DNA of 64,000 nucleotides from Syntrophales bacterium (GTDB lineage: Bacteria > Desulfobacterota > Syntrophia > Syntrophales > UBA2210), in the NCBI GenBank assembly GCA_963666365.2, contig CAXXNF010000002.1, positions 576,001 to 640,000 on the forward strand, written 5' to 3'. This document shows, piece by piece, positions 20,652 through 28,927 of the stretch (the stretch's first letter is position 1; each line of letters opens with the position of its first letter). Both the position numbers and the translations under genes were made by a program. The notes below the pieces were generated by a model that ran no database searches, had not been told where the DNA came from, and saw only the letters and a program-made list of their open reading frames with translations.

Positions 20652-22247
20652 CTATTCTTTGTGCGTTAATACCGTATCGTAAAATGCCGCCAGGTCTCTC
20701 TTGAGTTTTGCATGGGCCGATGGGTATGTGTACATCATATGCCCGCCCTCATACGTGTGTACATGGATATTATGTAAACGCTCCGGCGGTACATCAAGAT
20801 GATTGAGGGCATAAACGGTGGCATCGTGGATGCAGGCCATGTCGAACATCCCGATAGCCACGAATATCCGGAGGAGTGTGTTGTTCCGAATTGCACGGGC
20901 GAGTCTCGTGGCCGTTTCCGGATATCCCATTTTTGTGTCTTCCGCACCGCCGCTTCTTGCGCCGGAGAGCCAATCCCATGAAGGTGCGGCATTTTCGTTG
21001 ATGGTGTTGTAGGGGACTAGTGTCTTGAATTGCAGTTCTCTGCCGAGATATGCGCTAAAGGCGGTAACCACCGGTCCCTCGATGTGGTTCATCTGACTGT
21101 CGTCGGCAAAGTAGCTGCCGATACAGGGACCGGCTATCCGGCTGTCATAGTAACTGAGGCACCGGCGGGTATCGCCGAGCAGATGCGAGAGAAAGATCCG
21201 CATCGGTACCCTGAGGTTGTGTGACAGAATCAGATCGGCAGGCAACCCGATATAGCGGGAAATGCGCTTTGCGATCTCTTTGCGGTTATACTCGGAGAGG
21301 GTGTTTCCCTTCCAGAGGGCCTCTGCATATTCGGTTTCACTCCACTCACGCACTTCCGCCAACATCATATCCATGGATAGGGCCCGCAATTTCGGATCGA
21401 TCTTCTGATGATACCATGCGGCCGTTGCCATTTCCGGGAGACTGAGGATATGGGGCACATCGAGTCCCAACTGGTACATGAGCGTCGCATAGGTCAGGGC
21501 AGGAGAAATAAAAATCAGCCCCCGGGGATAGATGCCCGTTTCCTGCAGCCAGTGGGCAAGACCGGCTGTCCGAATTCCTCCGTAACTTTCACCGGCGATA
21601 AAAACGGGAGAACTCCACCGTCCGTTGTCGCTCAGATACATTCGTATGAACTGCCCTACCGATTGTATATCCTCCGCCACACCCCAGAATTTATTCGCGT
21701 CATCGGGAGGGAGCGAGTAGCTGAACCCCGTGCCCACGGGATCTATAAACACAAGGTCGGTACGGTCGAGAAGGGTGTGGCCATTGTCCTTTGCTTTGTA
21801 GGGGGGCGTGGGGATGTGAAGGCCGTCGCCGAAGGATACCGTTTTTGGACCGAAGGCGCCCATATGAAGCCAGATGGAAGATGAGCCGGGGCCGCCGTTA
21901 TAGCAGAAGGTAAGCGGACGCTGTACCGGGTCCGAGACGTCTTTTTTTGTATAGGCCACATAGAAAAAGCGCGCTTTTTCAACACCTTTGTCGTCGTAGA
22001 AGGGCATGAATCCCGCCGTTGCGCTATAGGATATTTCCTTGTCATCAAGACATATTTGATGGGACGTTATTACGGGGTTTGGCGGAAAGAGCGTGCCGAG
22101 CATATTCTTTTGACCCGATGCCGTCTCCGAAGATGCGGTGGAGGGGCACTCCGATTTATCACAAAAAGCGGGAGCACCGATCACAAGGCAACATACACAT
22201 ATAAGTGCCGGTATAACTACAAACTTGCCGTTTGTTTTTGATTTCAT
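20652..22247 (-). CDS. Serine carboxypeptidase, S10 family, exported
   Basis: NGGPGSSS, DPVGTGFS, GESYGG, GGHMMY; signal peptide. Confidence 0.9.
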   Translation of the reverse strand: MKSKTNGKFVVIPALICVCCLVIGAPAFCDKSECPSTASSETASGQKNMLGTLFPPNPVITSHQICLDDKEISYSATAGFMPFYDDKGVEKARFFYVAYTKKDVSDPVQRPLTFCYNGGPGSSSIWLHMGAFGPKTVSFGDGLHIPTPPYKAKDNGHTLLDRTDLVFIDPVGTGFSYSLPPDDANKFWGVAEDIQSVGQFIRMYLSDNGRWSSPVFIAGESYGGIRTAGLAHWLQETGIYPRGLIFISPALTYATLMYQLGLDVPHILSLPEMATAAWYHQKIDPKLRALSMDMMLAEVREWSETEYAEALWKGNTLSEYNRKEIAKRISRYIGLPADLILSHNLRVPMRIFLSHLLGDTRRCLSYYDSRIAGPCIGSYFADDSQMNHIEGPVVTAFSAYLGRELQFKTLVPYNTINENAAPSWDWLSGARSGGAEDTKMGYPETATRLARAIRNNTLLRIFVAIGMFDMACIHDATVYALNHLDVPPERLHNIHVHTYEGGHMMYTYPSAHAKLKRDLAAFYDTVLTHKE

Positions 22248-22267
22248 GCTGAGCCCCCTCTTCTCTT

Positions 22268-23659
22268 CTACAAATGAATCGCCCGGTTTTCTCCCGCCCG
22301 CGCCGTTTCCATCAGCATTTCGGAGAGGGTAGGGTGACCGTGCAGCATCTGTGCCATGTCCCTTAACTTCAGCCCTCCTGTTTTTGCCAGGAGCGCTTCA
22401 TGGACCAGTTCCGTCGCCTCGGCGCCGACAATGTGTGTGCCGAGGATTTCTTTCGTTTCTTTGTGGAAGATGAGTTTTACCATTCCTTCAACATTGTCGA
22501 GGGCAACGGCTTTTCCTGAAGATCTGTAGGGGAACACTGCCTTTCCGTAGGGTATGCTCTGTTCCGCTGCGTCCTTCTCTGTCATGCCGAATCCCCCTAC
22601 CTGGGGCTCGCAGTATATTCCGTAGGGGATTTCATCATGTTTGATTCGCGCTTCCGGCTGATGCCCGGCAATGTATTCAACGGCGGTTTCGCCTTCCTTT
22701 GATGCAACATGGGCGAGAAGGGGGGTATTAATCACGTCGCCGACGGCAAACACGGTGTCGACAGTGGTTTTGTAATAATCCCCCGTTTTTATGAACCCCT
22801 TTTCACATTCAACACCCAGGCGTTCAATGCCGATGTCTTCAATGTTGGGCGATCGTCCTACCGCGACGAGAATTTTTTCTGCGCTTAAGCGAGACAGGTT
22901 CCCCTTTCTCTCAAGGGTCACTTCACAGTGTCCGTTTTTGAATTGATAATCCACCATCTGTGCACTGACATAGGTTTCGATGTTGTGCTTCTTGAACACC
23001 CTTTGCAAAACCTTTGTTATTTCGGCATCACCCTGCGGAAAAAGACTGTCGAGCATTTCGACGATTGTCACATTGACCCCGAAAGAGTTTAAGATGTAAG
23101 CGCACTCAAGACCAATTGCTCCTGCACCCAGAATAATAATGCTTGTGGGGAGCGTTGTTAATTTGAGTATGCCCGTGGACGACAAAACACGCTCTTCGTC
23201 TATGGTGAGTCCCGGCAGGTCTTTCGGTCGTGATCCCGTGGCGATTATGATATTTTTTGCGGTGATTTCATCGGTATCGTCAATGATAATTTTGTTTGTT
23301 CCGCTAATTGTTGCCTTTCCCTGAATAAAATTTACCCTGTTCTTCTTCAGAAGAAACGACACGCCCTTCGAAAGCCTCTCTGCGGCCGTCCTCGATTTCT
23401 GATGCACCATCTCGTAATTGAACCCGGAGGTATCGGCCCTTACCCCCATGTGCTCAAGACCGGGCAACGAATTGTAAATTTGTGCCTGATTGATAAGCGC
23501 CTTAGTGGGGATGCACCCCCAGTTCAGGCACACGCCGCCCAGTTCGCTCTTTTCTATCACCGCTGCCGTGAGCCCGAGCTGGCGCGCCCTGATGGCGGCG
23601 ACATATCCGCCGGGTCCCGATCCGATGATTGCGATGTCGTAGTGATATTCCATTGACAT
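22268..23659 (-). CDS. lpdA: Dihydrolipoyl dehydrogenase
   Basis: GSGPGGY, GGVCLNWGCIPTK, GAGAIG, HPTLSE. Confidence 0.93.
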   Translation of the reverse strand: MSMEYHYDIAIIGSGPGGYVAAIRARQLGLTAAVIEKSELGGVCLNWGCIPTKALINQAQIYNSLPGLEHMGVRADTSGFNYEMVHQKSRTAAERLSKGVSFLLKKNRVNFIQGKATISGTNKIIIDDTDEITAKNIIIATGSRPKDLPGLTIDEERVLSSTGILKLTTLPTSIIILGAGAIGLECAYILNSFGVNVTIVEMLDSLFPQGDAEITKVLQRVFKKHNIETYVSAQMVDYQFKNGHCEVTLERKGNLSRLSAEKILVAVGRSPNIEDIGIERLGVECEKGFIKTGDYYKTTVDTVFAVGDVINTPLLAHVASKEGETAVEYIAGHQPEARIKHDEIPYGIYCEPQVGGFGMTEKDAAEQSIPYGKAVFPYRSSGKAVALDNVEGMVKLIFHKETKEILGTHIVGAEATELVHEALLAKTGGLKLRDMAQMLHGHPTLSEMLMETARAGENRAIHL

Positions 23660-23730
23660 TCCTCTTCTTGCAATGATGTGCTGTAACAGTAGCGCATTTT
23701 TTATCCGCTCAGTCTTTGAGGAGTGATTGC

Positions 23731-23934
23731 CTAAATCCTCTTCTCTTTTACAAGCCGCGCGAAATGCTCAAAAGACCGGTCATAGGTCGCCTCGGCCTCC
23801 TCCGAAAAGCAGCACCCGGGCAGCTGCCGCATCTTCAGATGATAGCGGATACAATCGCAGCAGACCCCTTTTCGGGAACAGGGTTCGTAGGAACAATTGC
23901 AGAAATCCAGATTTGCTTCCTTTTTACAGTCCAT
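23731..23934 (-). CDS. Small Cys-rich conserved hypothetical protein (DUF6485-like)
   Basis: CNCSYEPCSRKGVCCDCIRYH...LPGCCF; AAGGAG RBS before ATG 23934. Confidence 0.7.
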   Translation of the reverse strand: MDCKKEANLDFCNCSYEPCSRKGVCCDCIRYHLKMRQLPGCCFSEEAEATYDRSFEHFARLVKEKRI

Positions 23935-23995
23935 ACTATTCTCCTTATGACGAAGGTACATAACAAGAATGCAGGACAGGGTCAAGGCCGGGGGT

Positions 23996-24051
23996 AATTC
24001 CAGGGACAGTATACTTAATTATTTGGAATTAAGTATACTGTCCCCGGAATT
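23996..24051. repeat. Long inverted repeat, 25-bp arms with one mismatch
   Basis: AATTCCAGGGACAGTATACTTAATT-ATTTGG-AATTAAGTATACTGTCCCCGGAATT. Confidence 0.9.
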
Positions 24052-24056
24052 GTGAA

Positions 24057-25934
24057 TTACAGGAATATGACCGCCCACAGAATGAGAACGGCCAGCAGCA
24101 GGCCGACGATGAGGCTCGCCAGTCCGAATGCGGAGGCGGCAAGTTTTGTTGCTATTCCAGGATGTTCCCGCTTCAGATCGGCCAGTTTGCCTTCGGATAG
24201 AAGCCTCTCGTAGTGTTCCCGCTTATCTTCGTACAGTTCGTGAAGGGTGATTCTTCCCGTGAAGATGGTTCTGTCCATGGGGAATTTTTTCGGAATCAGG
24301 TGGGTATTGAAAAAATGCACCGTAAATATGAACAGCGCCGCCAGCAGCGCTTCCTCTGAATGCAGAAGGGCGGCCACATTCAGAACCCAGCCGGGGAACA
24401 GGTAGGAGGTCCATTCCGGGACCATGAGAAATATTCCTGACCCTCCTATGACCACCATGCCCCAGAAGACGGCGAGAAAGTCGAATTTCTCCCAGTAGGT
24501 CCATCGGTCAAATTTCGGCTGGTCCCCCCGGTTGAAAAACCATTTGAACATCCCCTTCATATCCTGCCAGTCTTTTAGATTGAAAAAGAGAGATTCCCTG
24601 CTGAACAGGCGTGTCAACCACCCGCTCCTTCCTTTACCGTTCTTTCTGAACAGGTAGCGGACAGAGCGCACCAGAATGTAGAAAAAGAGGGCAAAGAGGA
24701 GTAGCGCGGCAACTCGATGAAAGATGCCCGCCATATGCACGCCGCCCCATATGTCAATGAGAATTCTCGCCCAGGGAGCCTCGTGGTATTTCAGGGGAAA
24801 TCCCGTCGCTACAAGGGTCAAGAAGGATATCACCAGGATAATGTGGACAACAATGTCTTTTGTGGAAAAACGTTCAATTGATTGCAGACTTTCACTGTCG
24901 GACATGGGAAGGTGCGGTGTAATTCCCATTTTTTCCATATAGTGTTTGTCCCAGTAGGTTTTGCGCCACCAGAGGAAGGCGTGTATCCAGAAAAAGAGGA
25001 ATGTTGCCGCCAGAAGTCCGATCATGAAGACATTTGTCCAGTATAACGAGGGATAGCGCTTCCGGTTGCTGAAATCGGGGTGTGCCTGGTAGGCAACAAA
25101 GCGGGGATGGAAGCCGCTGTGGCACTTCCCGCAGTTTTCCACCAGGTTGCCGGGGTGAATCGATGATTCCGGGTTGTCTTTCGGAAGAATGTTGTGCGAT
25201 GTGTGGCAGTCGGCACATCCTGCAACCCGTGTCGGATTTCCGATGTCCTGGACTTTGCCGTGATACGTCCTTTTATAGGCGGCAACCGTCAAAGTGGAAA
25301 GATCGTTCCGAATCATCATTTCCGGGTCGTTGTGGCAGCGAATGCATGTCCGGGTGTAAAATTCCCGTGCCTCGGCGGGATATTCCTGCTGGGACGTATG
25401 ATACACATGGGTGCTGTGAAGTCCATGACAATCGGAGCAGGTTGCCGCATCTTCGTTTCCCTTCGCGACGGCCATGCCATGACCTGAATGGGCGTATTCA
25501 TCGTTGGAATGACACTCGGTGCATTGGTGGAGCGTTGCCGATTTAATGGATGCCTTTCGGGGCTGCACGGCGTGGATATTGCGATGACAGTCATAGCACT
25601 GAAAATCCTGATGCAGATAGTGATAATTGTGTAGGTATTCTTTCGCAATTTCGTTATGGCAGCTTCCGCAGGCCACAAGGGTGGATCGCGTCGTACCCGT
25701 CATGTGTCTCTCGATATCGGTGATATCGCTATGACAACTGACACATCCCTGGGCGCCGTGCACCGAGGCGGGGTAGGCGGTTCGATACAGGTAATCATCA
25801 TGACAGGAGAGGCAATTGACGGAAGTCGTCGCACCGGGATTGGTGTCACTGCGCTGTGTCTTCACTGAAGCAGAGGCCTGAGTGAAAATGCAGACCAGGA
25901 TGACTGCCACTGCAGTGATGAGGGAATAACGCAT
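24057..25934 (-). CDS. Nonaheme cytochrome c fused to a cytochrome b membrane domain (CbcL-like)
   Basis: Signal peptide; 9 CxxCH (CLSCH, CVSCH, CGSCH, CYDCH, CTECH, CSDCH, CIRCH, CADCH, CGKCH); TM domain with TGFPLKY, YWEKFDFLAVFWG, HSEEALLA, HFFNTH; GGAGG RBS. Confidence 0.88.
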   Translation of the reverse strand: MRYSLITAVAVILVCIFTQASASVKTQRSDTNPGATTSVNCLSCHDDYLYRTAYPASVHGAQGCVSCHSDITDIERHMTGTTRSTLVACGSCHNEIAKEYLHNYHYLHQDFQCYDCHRNIHAVQPRKASIKSATLHQCTECHSNDEYAHSGHGMAVAKGNEDAATCSDCHGLHSTHVYHTSQQEYPAEAREFYTRTCIRCHNDPEMMIRNDLSTLTVAAYKRTYHGKVQDIGNPTRVAGCADCHTSHNILPKDNPESSIHPGNLVENCGKCHSGFHPRFVAYQAHPDFSNRKRYPSLYWTNVFMIGLLAATFLFFWIHAFLWWRKTYWDKHYMEKMGITPHLPMSDSESLQSIERFSTKDIVVHIILVISFLTLVATGFPLKYHEAPWARILIDIWGGVHMAGIFHRVAALLLFALFFYILVRSVRYLFRKNGKGRSGWLTRLFSRESLFFNLKDWQDMKGMFKWFFNRGDQPKFDRWTYWEKFDFLAVFWGMVVIGGSGIFLMVPEWTSYLFPGWVLNVAALLHSEEALLAALFIFTVHFFNTHLIPKKFPMDRTIFTGRITLHELYEDKREHYERLLSEGKLADLKREHPGIATKLAASAFGLASLIVGLLLAVLILWAVIFL

Positions 25935-25967
25935 CGGTCCTCCGATCGTCAAGGTTCCGCCGTTCAT

Positions 25968-26729
25968 CTATTTTATCCTTTTCTTGAAGGATCGCCAGTC
26001 GCTCATTCCACCAAACAGGCGCTGTATGTCCACCAGACCCCGTTCATAAAGGTAGCATGCGGCAAGAAAAGACCGGTGCCCCTGTTCATCCACCACAATT
26101 ATTTTCTTGTCCATGGGCAGTTTCCGGTAGGTGGCTTCGAGTTCATCGAGAGGACGGTTGATTGCGCCGGGGATGTGGTCTTTTTCGAAAAGATCCCTGG
26201 ACCGGATGTCAAGGATCAGGATGTCCTTCTTTTCGTTGATCCAGCGGTTCATCACTTTCGGTTTTATCGATTCGATTCCCACCCGGGGAATACGCGTTTC
26301 GGATTCAACGCCATACCCGCCTTCCTTCCAAGCGGGCAGGCCGCCGTCTAGGATATACACGTTTTGATAGCCAAGCTCACGGGCCTTACGGGCTGCGTGC
26401 ATACTTCGATGACACCCGATACTTGCACAGTAGATAATGAGCGGTTGGTCCTGATTTTGTATCATCTCGGGCGCCCTTTTTTCGAATTCCGGGCAGGGAA
26501 TACAAAGAGAACCTGGTATGCGGTGATCCCCGCATTCAATGGCACTCATGGTGTTGATGAAAAGGAGATCGTCTGTTGCCTGCATCATCCGGTGCGCTTC
26601 AATCGCCGTGATCAGCGGAGGTGTCTCCTCCGCGGCGATTGAAATGCCGGTTGCGGCGAACATGAAACACCACAGCGCCATAACCGCCCGCACGAGCACC
26701 CACTTATTTTTTACCGTCGGTGATTTCAT
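25968..26729 (-). CDS. Exported tandem-domain rhodanese (sulfurtransferase)
   Basis: Signal peptide; domain 1 HRIPGS...YCASIGCHRS...LDGGLPAW; domain 2 HIPGA...VDEQGHRS...LFGGMSDW; exact start uncertain. Confidence 0.85.
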   Translation of the reverse strand: MKSPTVKNKWVLVRAVMALWCFMFAATGISIAAEETPPLITAIEAHRMMQATDDLLFINTMSAIECGDHRIPGSLCIPCPEFEKRAPEMIQNQDQPLIIYCASIGCHRSMHAARKARELGYQNVYILDGGLPAWKEGGYGVESETRIPRVGIESIKPKVMNRWINEKKDILILDIRSRDLFEKDHIPGAINRPLDELEATYRKLPMDKKIIVVDEQGHRSFLAACYLYERGLVDIQRLFGGMSDWRSFKKRIK

Positions 26730-28728
26730 CGGGTATGGGCACCTCTCTAAAGCCCCACTGGTACATCTGCGGTTTCGCATTCGGTTCCCTGGGGGTCGGG
26801 TAGTCTTCGACCAGGAAACGCCCGGGATTTGTAACCAGCATCTTCGTGAAAAAGGTGGATGTATCGGAATGACAGTCGTAACATCCTTCCGGTTTCCCCT
26901 TCGATCCGTAAGTCTTTCCTATATCGATGGGCACAATATTATGATGAACGGGAAAATTATGCGGATGAGCTGCGAGATGATCCTCATAGGTTGCCACGGC
27001 GCCGTCCTTCAGTTCGTAGATTTTGTCGGATACGAAGACCACGTTGCGGAACCCCATCTTTGTCAGCGCTTCGATCATCGTCTTGATCGTGTCATCCGTT
27101 GCGATGGTGGGGCGTGTGACCGCCTTGCCGGTGATATCCTTTACCTTCGCAAGAGTGGCGGTATTGAGACTCTCGTAAGCCTTTTTTACGTACTTGAGGA
27201 TGATCGGCCGGATTGCCATATTGTCCATCTTTTCACCGAACCACTGGGCAACTTTCGGAACAACGGGGATGTACTGTTCTCCGAGGCCGTTTCGCGCATC
27301 GTATCGGGTAATCCATGGTGCCCAGGGCTCCGGTGTAAGAATACCGAAATCGTCGCTCCAGGTGATGGTTTCCAGGGTACCCGCCGTGTACCAGACCTGC
27401 TTTCCCATCGACATGTCAAGCAGATATCCCGACATGGCCGGTTGTCTCGTAGAATGGCAGTTGGCACAGCTGATCAGATCGAAATGGAACATGGCGTCGG
27501 GGAATTTTTCTTTGTGAGTCTTCGTTGGATTTTTCGCCTCTTCCGGCATGTCCGGCCGCGTCGCCTGATATTTTCCTTCCAGATGGCACGCCGCACAGGT
27601 TTTCATCCCCACGCCGTCGAGATCATCACGCACGCTGCCCATCGGATGCCAGCCCTTTGCTATCTGATGTTCCAGGCGCTCTTTCTCGGTTGTTCCCACC
27701 AGGCTGTGACAGTCGGTGCATTGGAGCCCCGCCTTGTAATGGGCGTCATATTCCGGTTTGTGGACCCATCCGACTTTCTTCGCATCAGGTCCTTTGTGAC
27801 ATTGCAGACAACTTTTCGTTTCAACCGCCTTCGATATCACAGTGCCACGGAATCGGCCTTCCCTGGTAAAGATATTCCGATCATCCCAGTTGTAGGTGAC
27901 GGTCGGCCGTTCCGAAAAATTCCAGGTGCCCCTGAGAAAATCCTTTGATCCCGGGCCGGCGTCATTATCGGCATACGTGAAAATTGCGCCTTTGATTTTT
28001 CCGAGAACGGCGCCTGCCGTGGCGGCCCACCGGTAATTTCTCTTGTTGAGCTGCTGATTGCGGGCCCCGAAGCTGTACTCTTTCATGTGGCAGAGGAGGC
28101 AATCGGCTTCTACGACGCCGCTCTCCTTGAAATGACTCCTGCCGTCAGGGGTGAGATTTGACGTATAGTCTCCGTCAAGAGGATTTACGTTACGGCGCTC
28201 ACCTTCGATGAGATTCATGGAATAATCGGGGGCGCCGTCCCATTTTCTGCCGTATTCCATGGATGCGCCTCCGGGATGACACCATCCGCAGGAGGTTGAT
28301 TTTATTTTTTTTGCAGGATTTAATTTCCCGTAGCCACCGATCCAATCGTAGGCGGACAGGTCAATTTGCTTCGGATCATCGTTGTTTTTGCGGGCAACAC
28401 GGCCTGACCTGGTTGCAGGGGGTCACCACTTGCCGTACATGCCCGGCGATAACAGCCAGGGCTGCCTCGGGTTATACGTGTCGCTCATCTCCATGAAGCC
28501 CTGCTGGAAATGAAACCCCGAGGAAATAGTTGAGTAGGGATGACATCCGCCGCATGTCCTGCGAGGACTGTAGGGATCACCCTGATTCCTGTCCTGCGTG
28601 ATCTGTTCTCCCCGCTCGTTTTTCAATTTTACATCACGGTGAATTTCGGTTTTTGCGGATACTGAAGAATAGATAAAAACAATGGAAAAAACTGCGGCAG
28701 CTACTACAGACACCAACTTAGGTTTCAT
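26704..28728 (-). CDS. Putative selenocysteine-containing octaheme cytochrome c, tetrathionate reductase (OTR)-like; UGA at 28425-28423 = residue 102 of 674
   Basis: ORFs 28423-28749 and 26704-28260 share a frame; the 54 codons between them are stop-free and include CGWCH; total 8 CxxCH; signal peptide; CAGGAGG RBS before ATG 28728. Confidence 0.8.
28394..28416 (-). promoter_or_regulatory. Candidate SECIS hairpin of the octaheme cytochrome
   Basis: Starts 6 nt after the UGA: GCAAC-CA-GGU-CAG-GCC-GU-GUUGC; weaker than the fdnG SECIS. Confidence 0.45.
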
Positions 28729-28810
28729 GAAGGCCTCCTGTCGGCACATTCAAGTTTAATCATTGGAGTAAGTAACCACATGCATCGGTAAGGCATTGTC
28801 AGTAGCCTCC

Positions 28811-28838
28811 AGTATACTGATTTCATGAGTTAGGTCAA
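28811..28838 (-). promoter_or_regulatory. sigma70-type promoter for the cytochrome operon
   Basis: Minus strand TTGACC-16 nt-TATACT about 85-110 bp upstream of the start. Confidence 0.55.
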
Positions 28839-28854
28839 CGAAAATGAAATAGAA

Positions 28855-28883
28855 AAAGGGAAAGGGAAAGGGAAAGGGAAAGG
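28855..28883 (+). repeat. Tandem hexamer (AAAGGG)x4 plus partial copy
   Basis: AAAGGG AAAGGG AAAGGG AAAGGG AAAGG. Confidence 0.9.
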
Positions 28884-28927
28884 CTGAAGCCCATCCCTGG
28901 ACACACTATCGCATCCCTCACAATGAG

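Noticed and set aside
26539..27948. 469-aa plus-strand ORF
   Set aside because: Antisense shadow of the octaheme cytochrome gene with no recognisable motifs
28423..28749. Stand-alone monoheme cytochrome
   Set aside because: The frame continues past the UGA through another CxxCH into an ORF that lacks its own signal peptide
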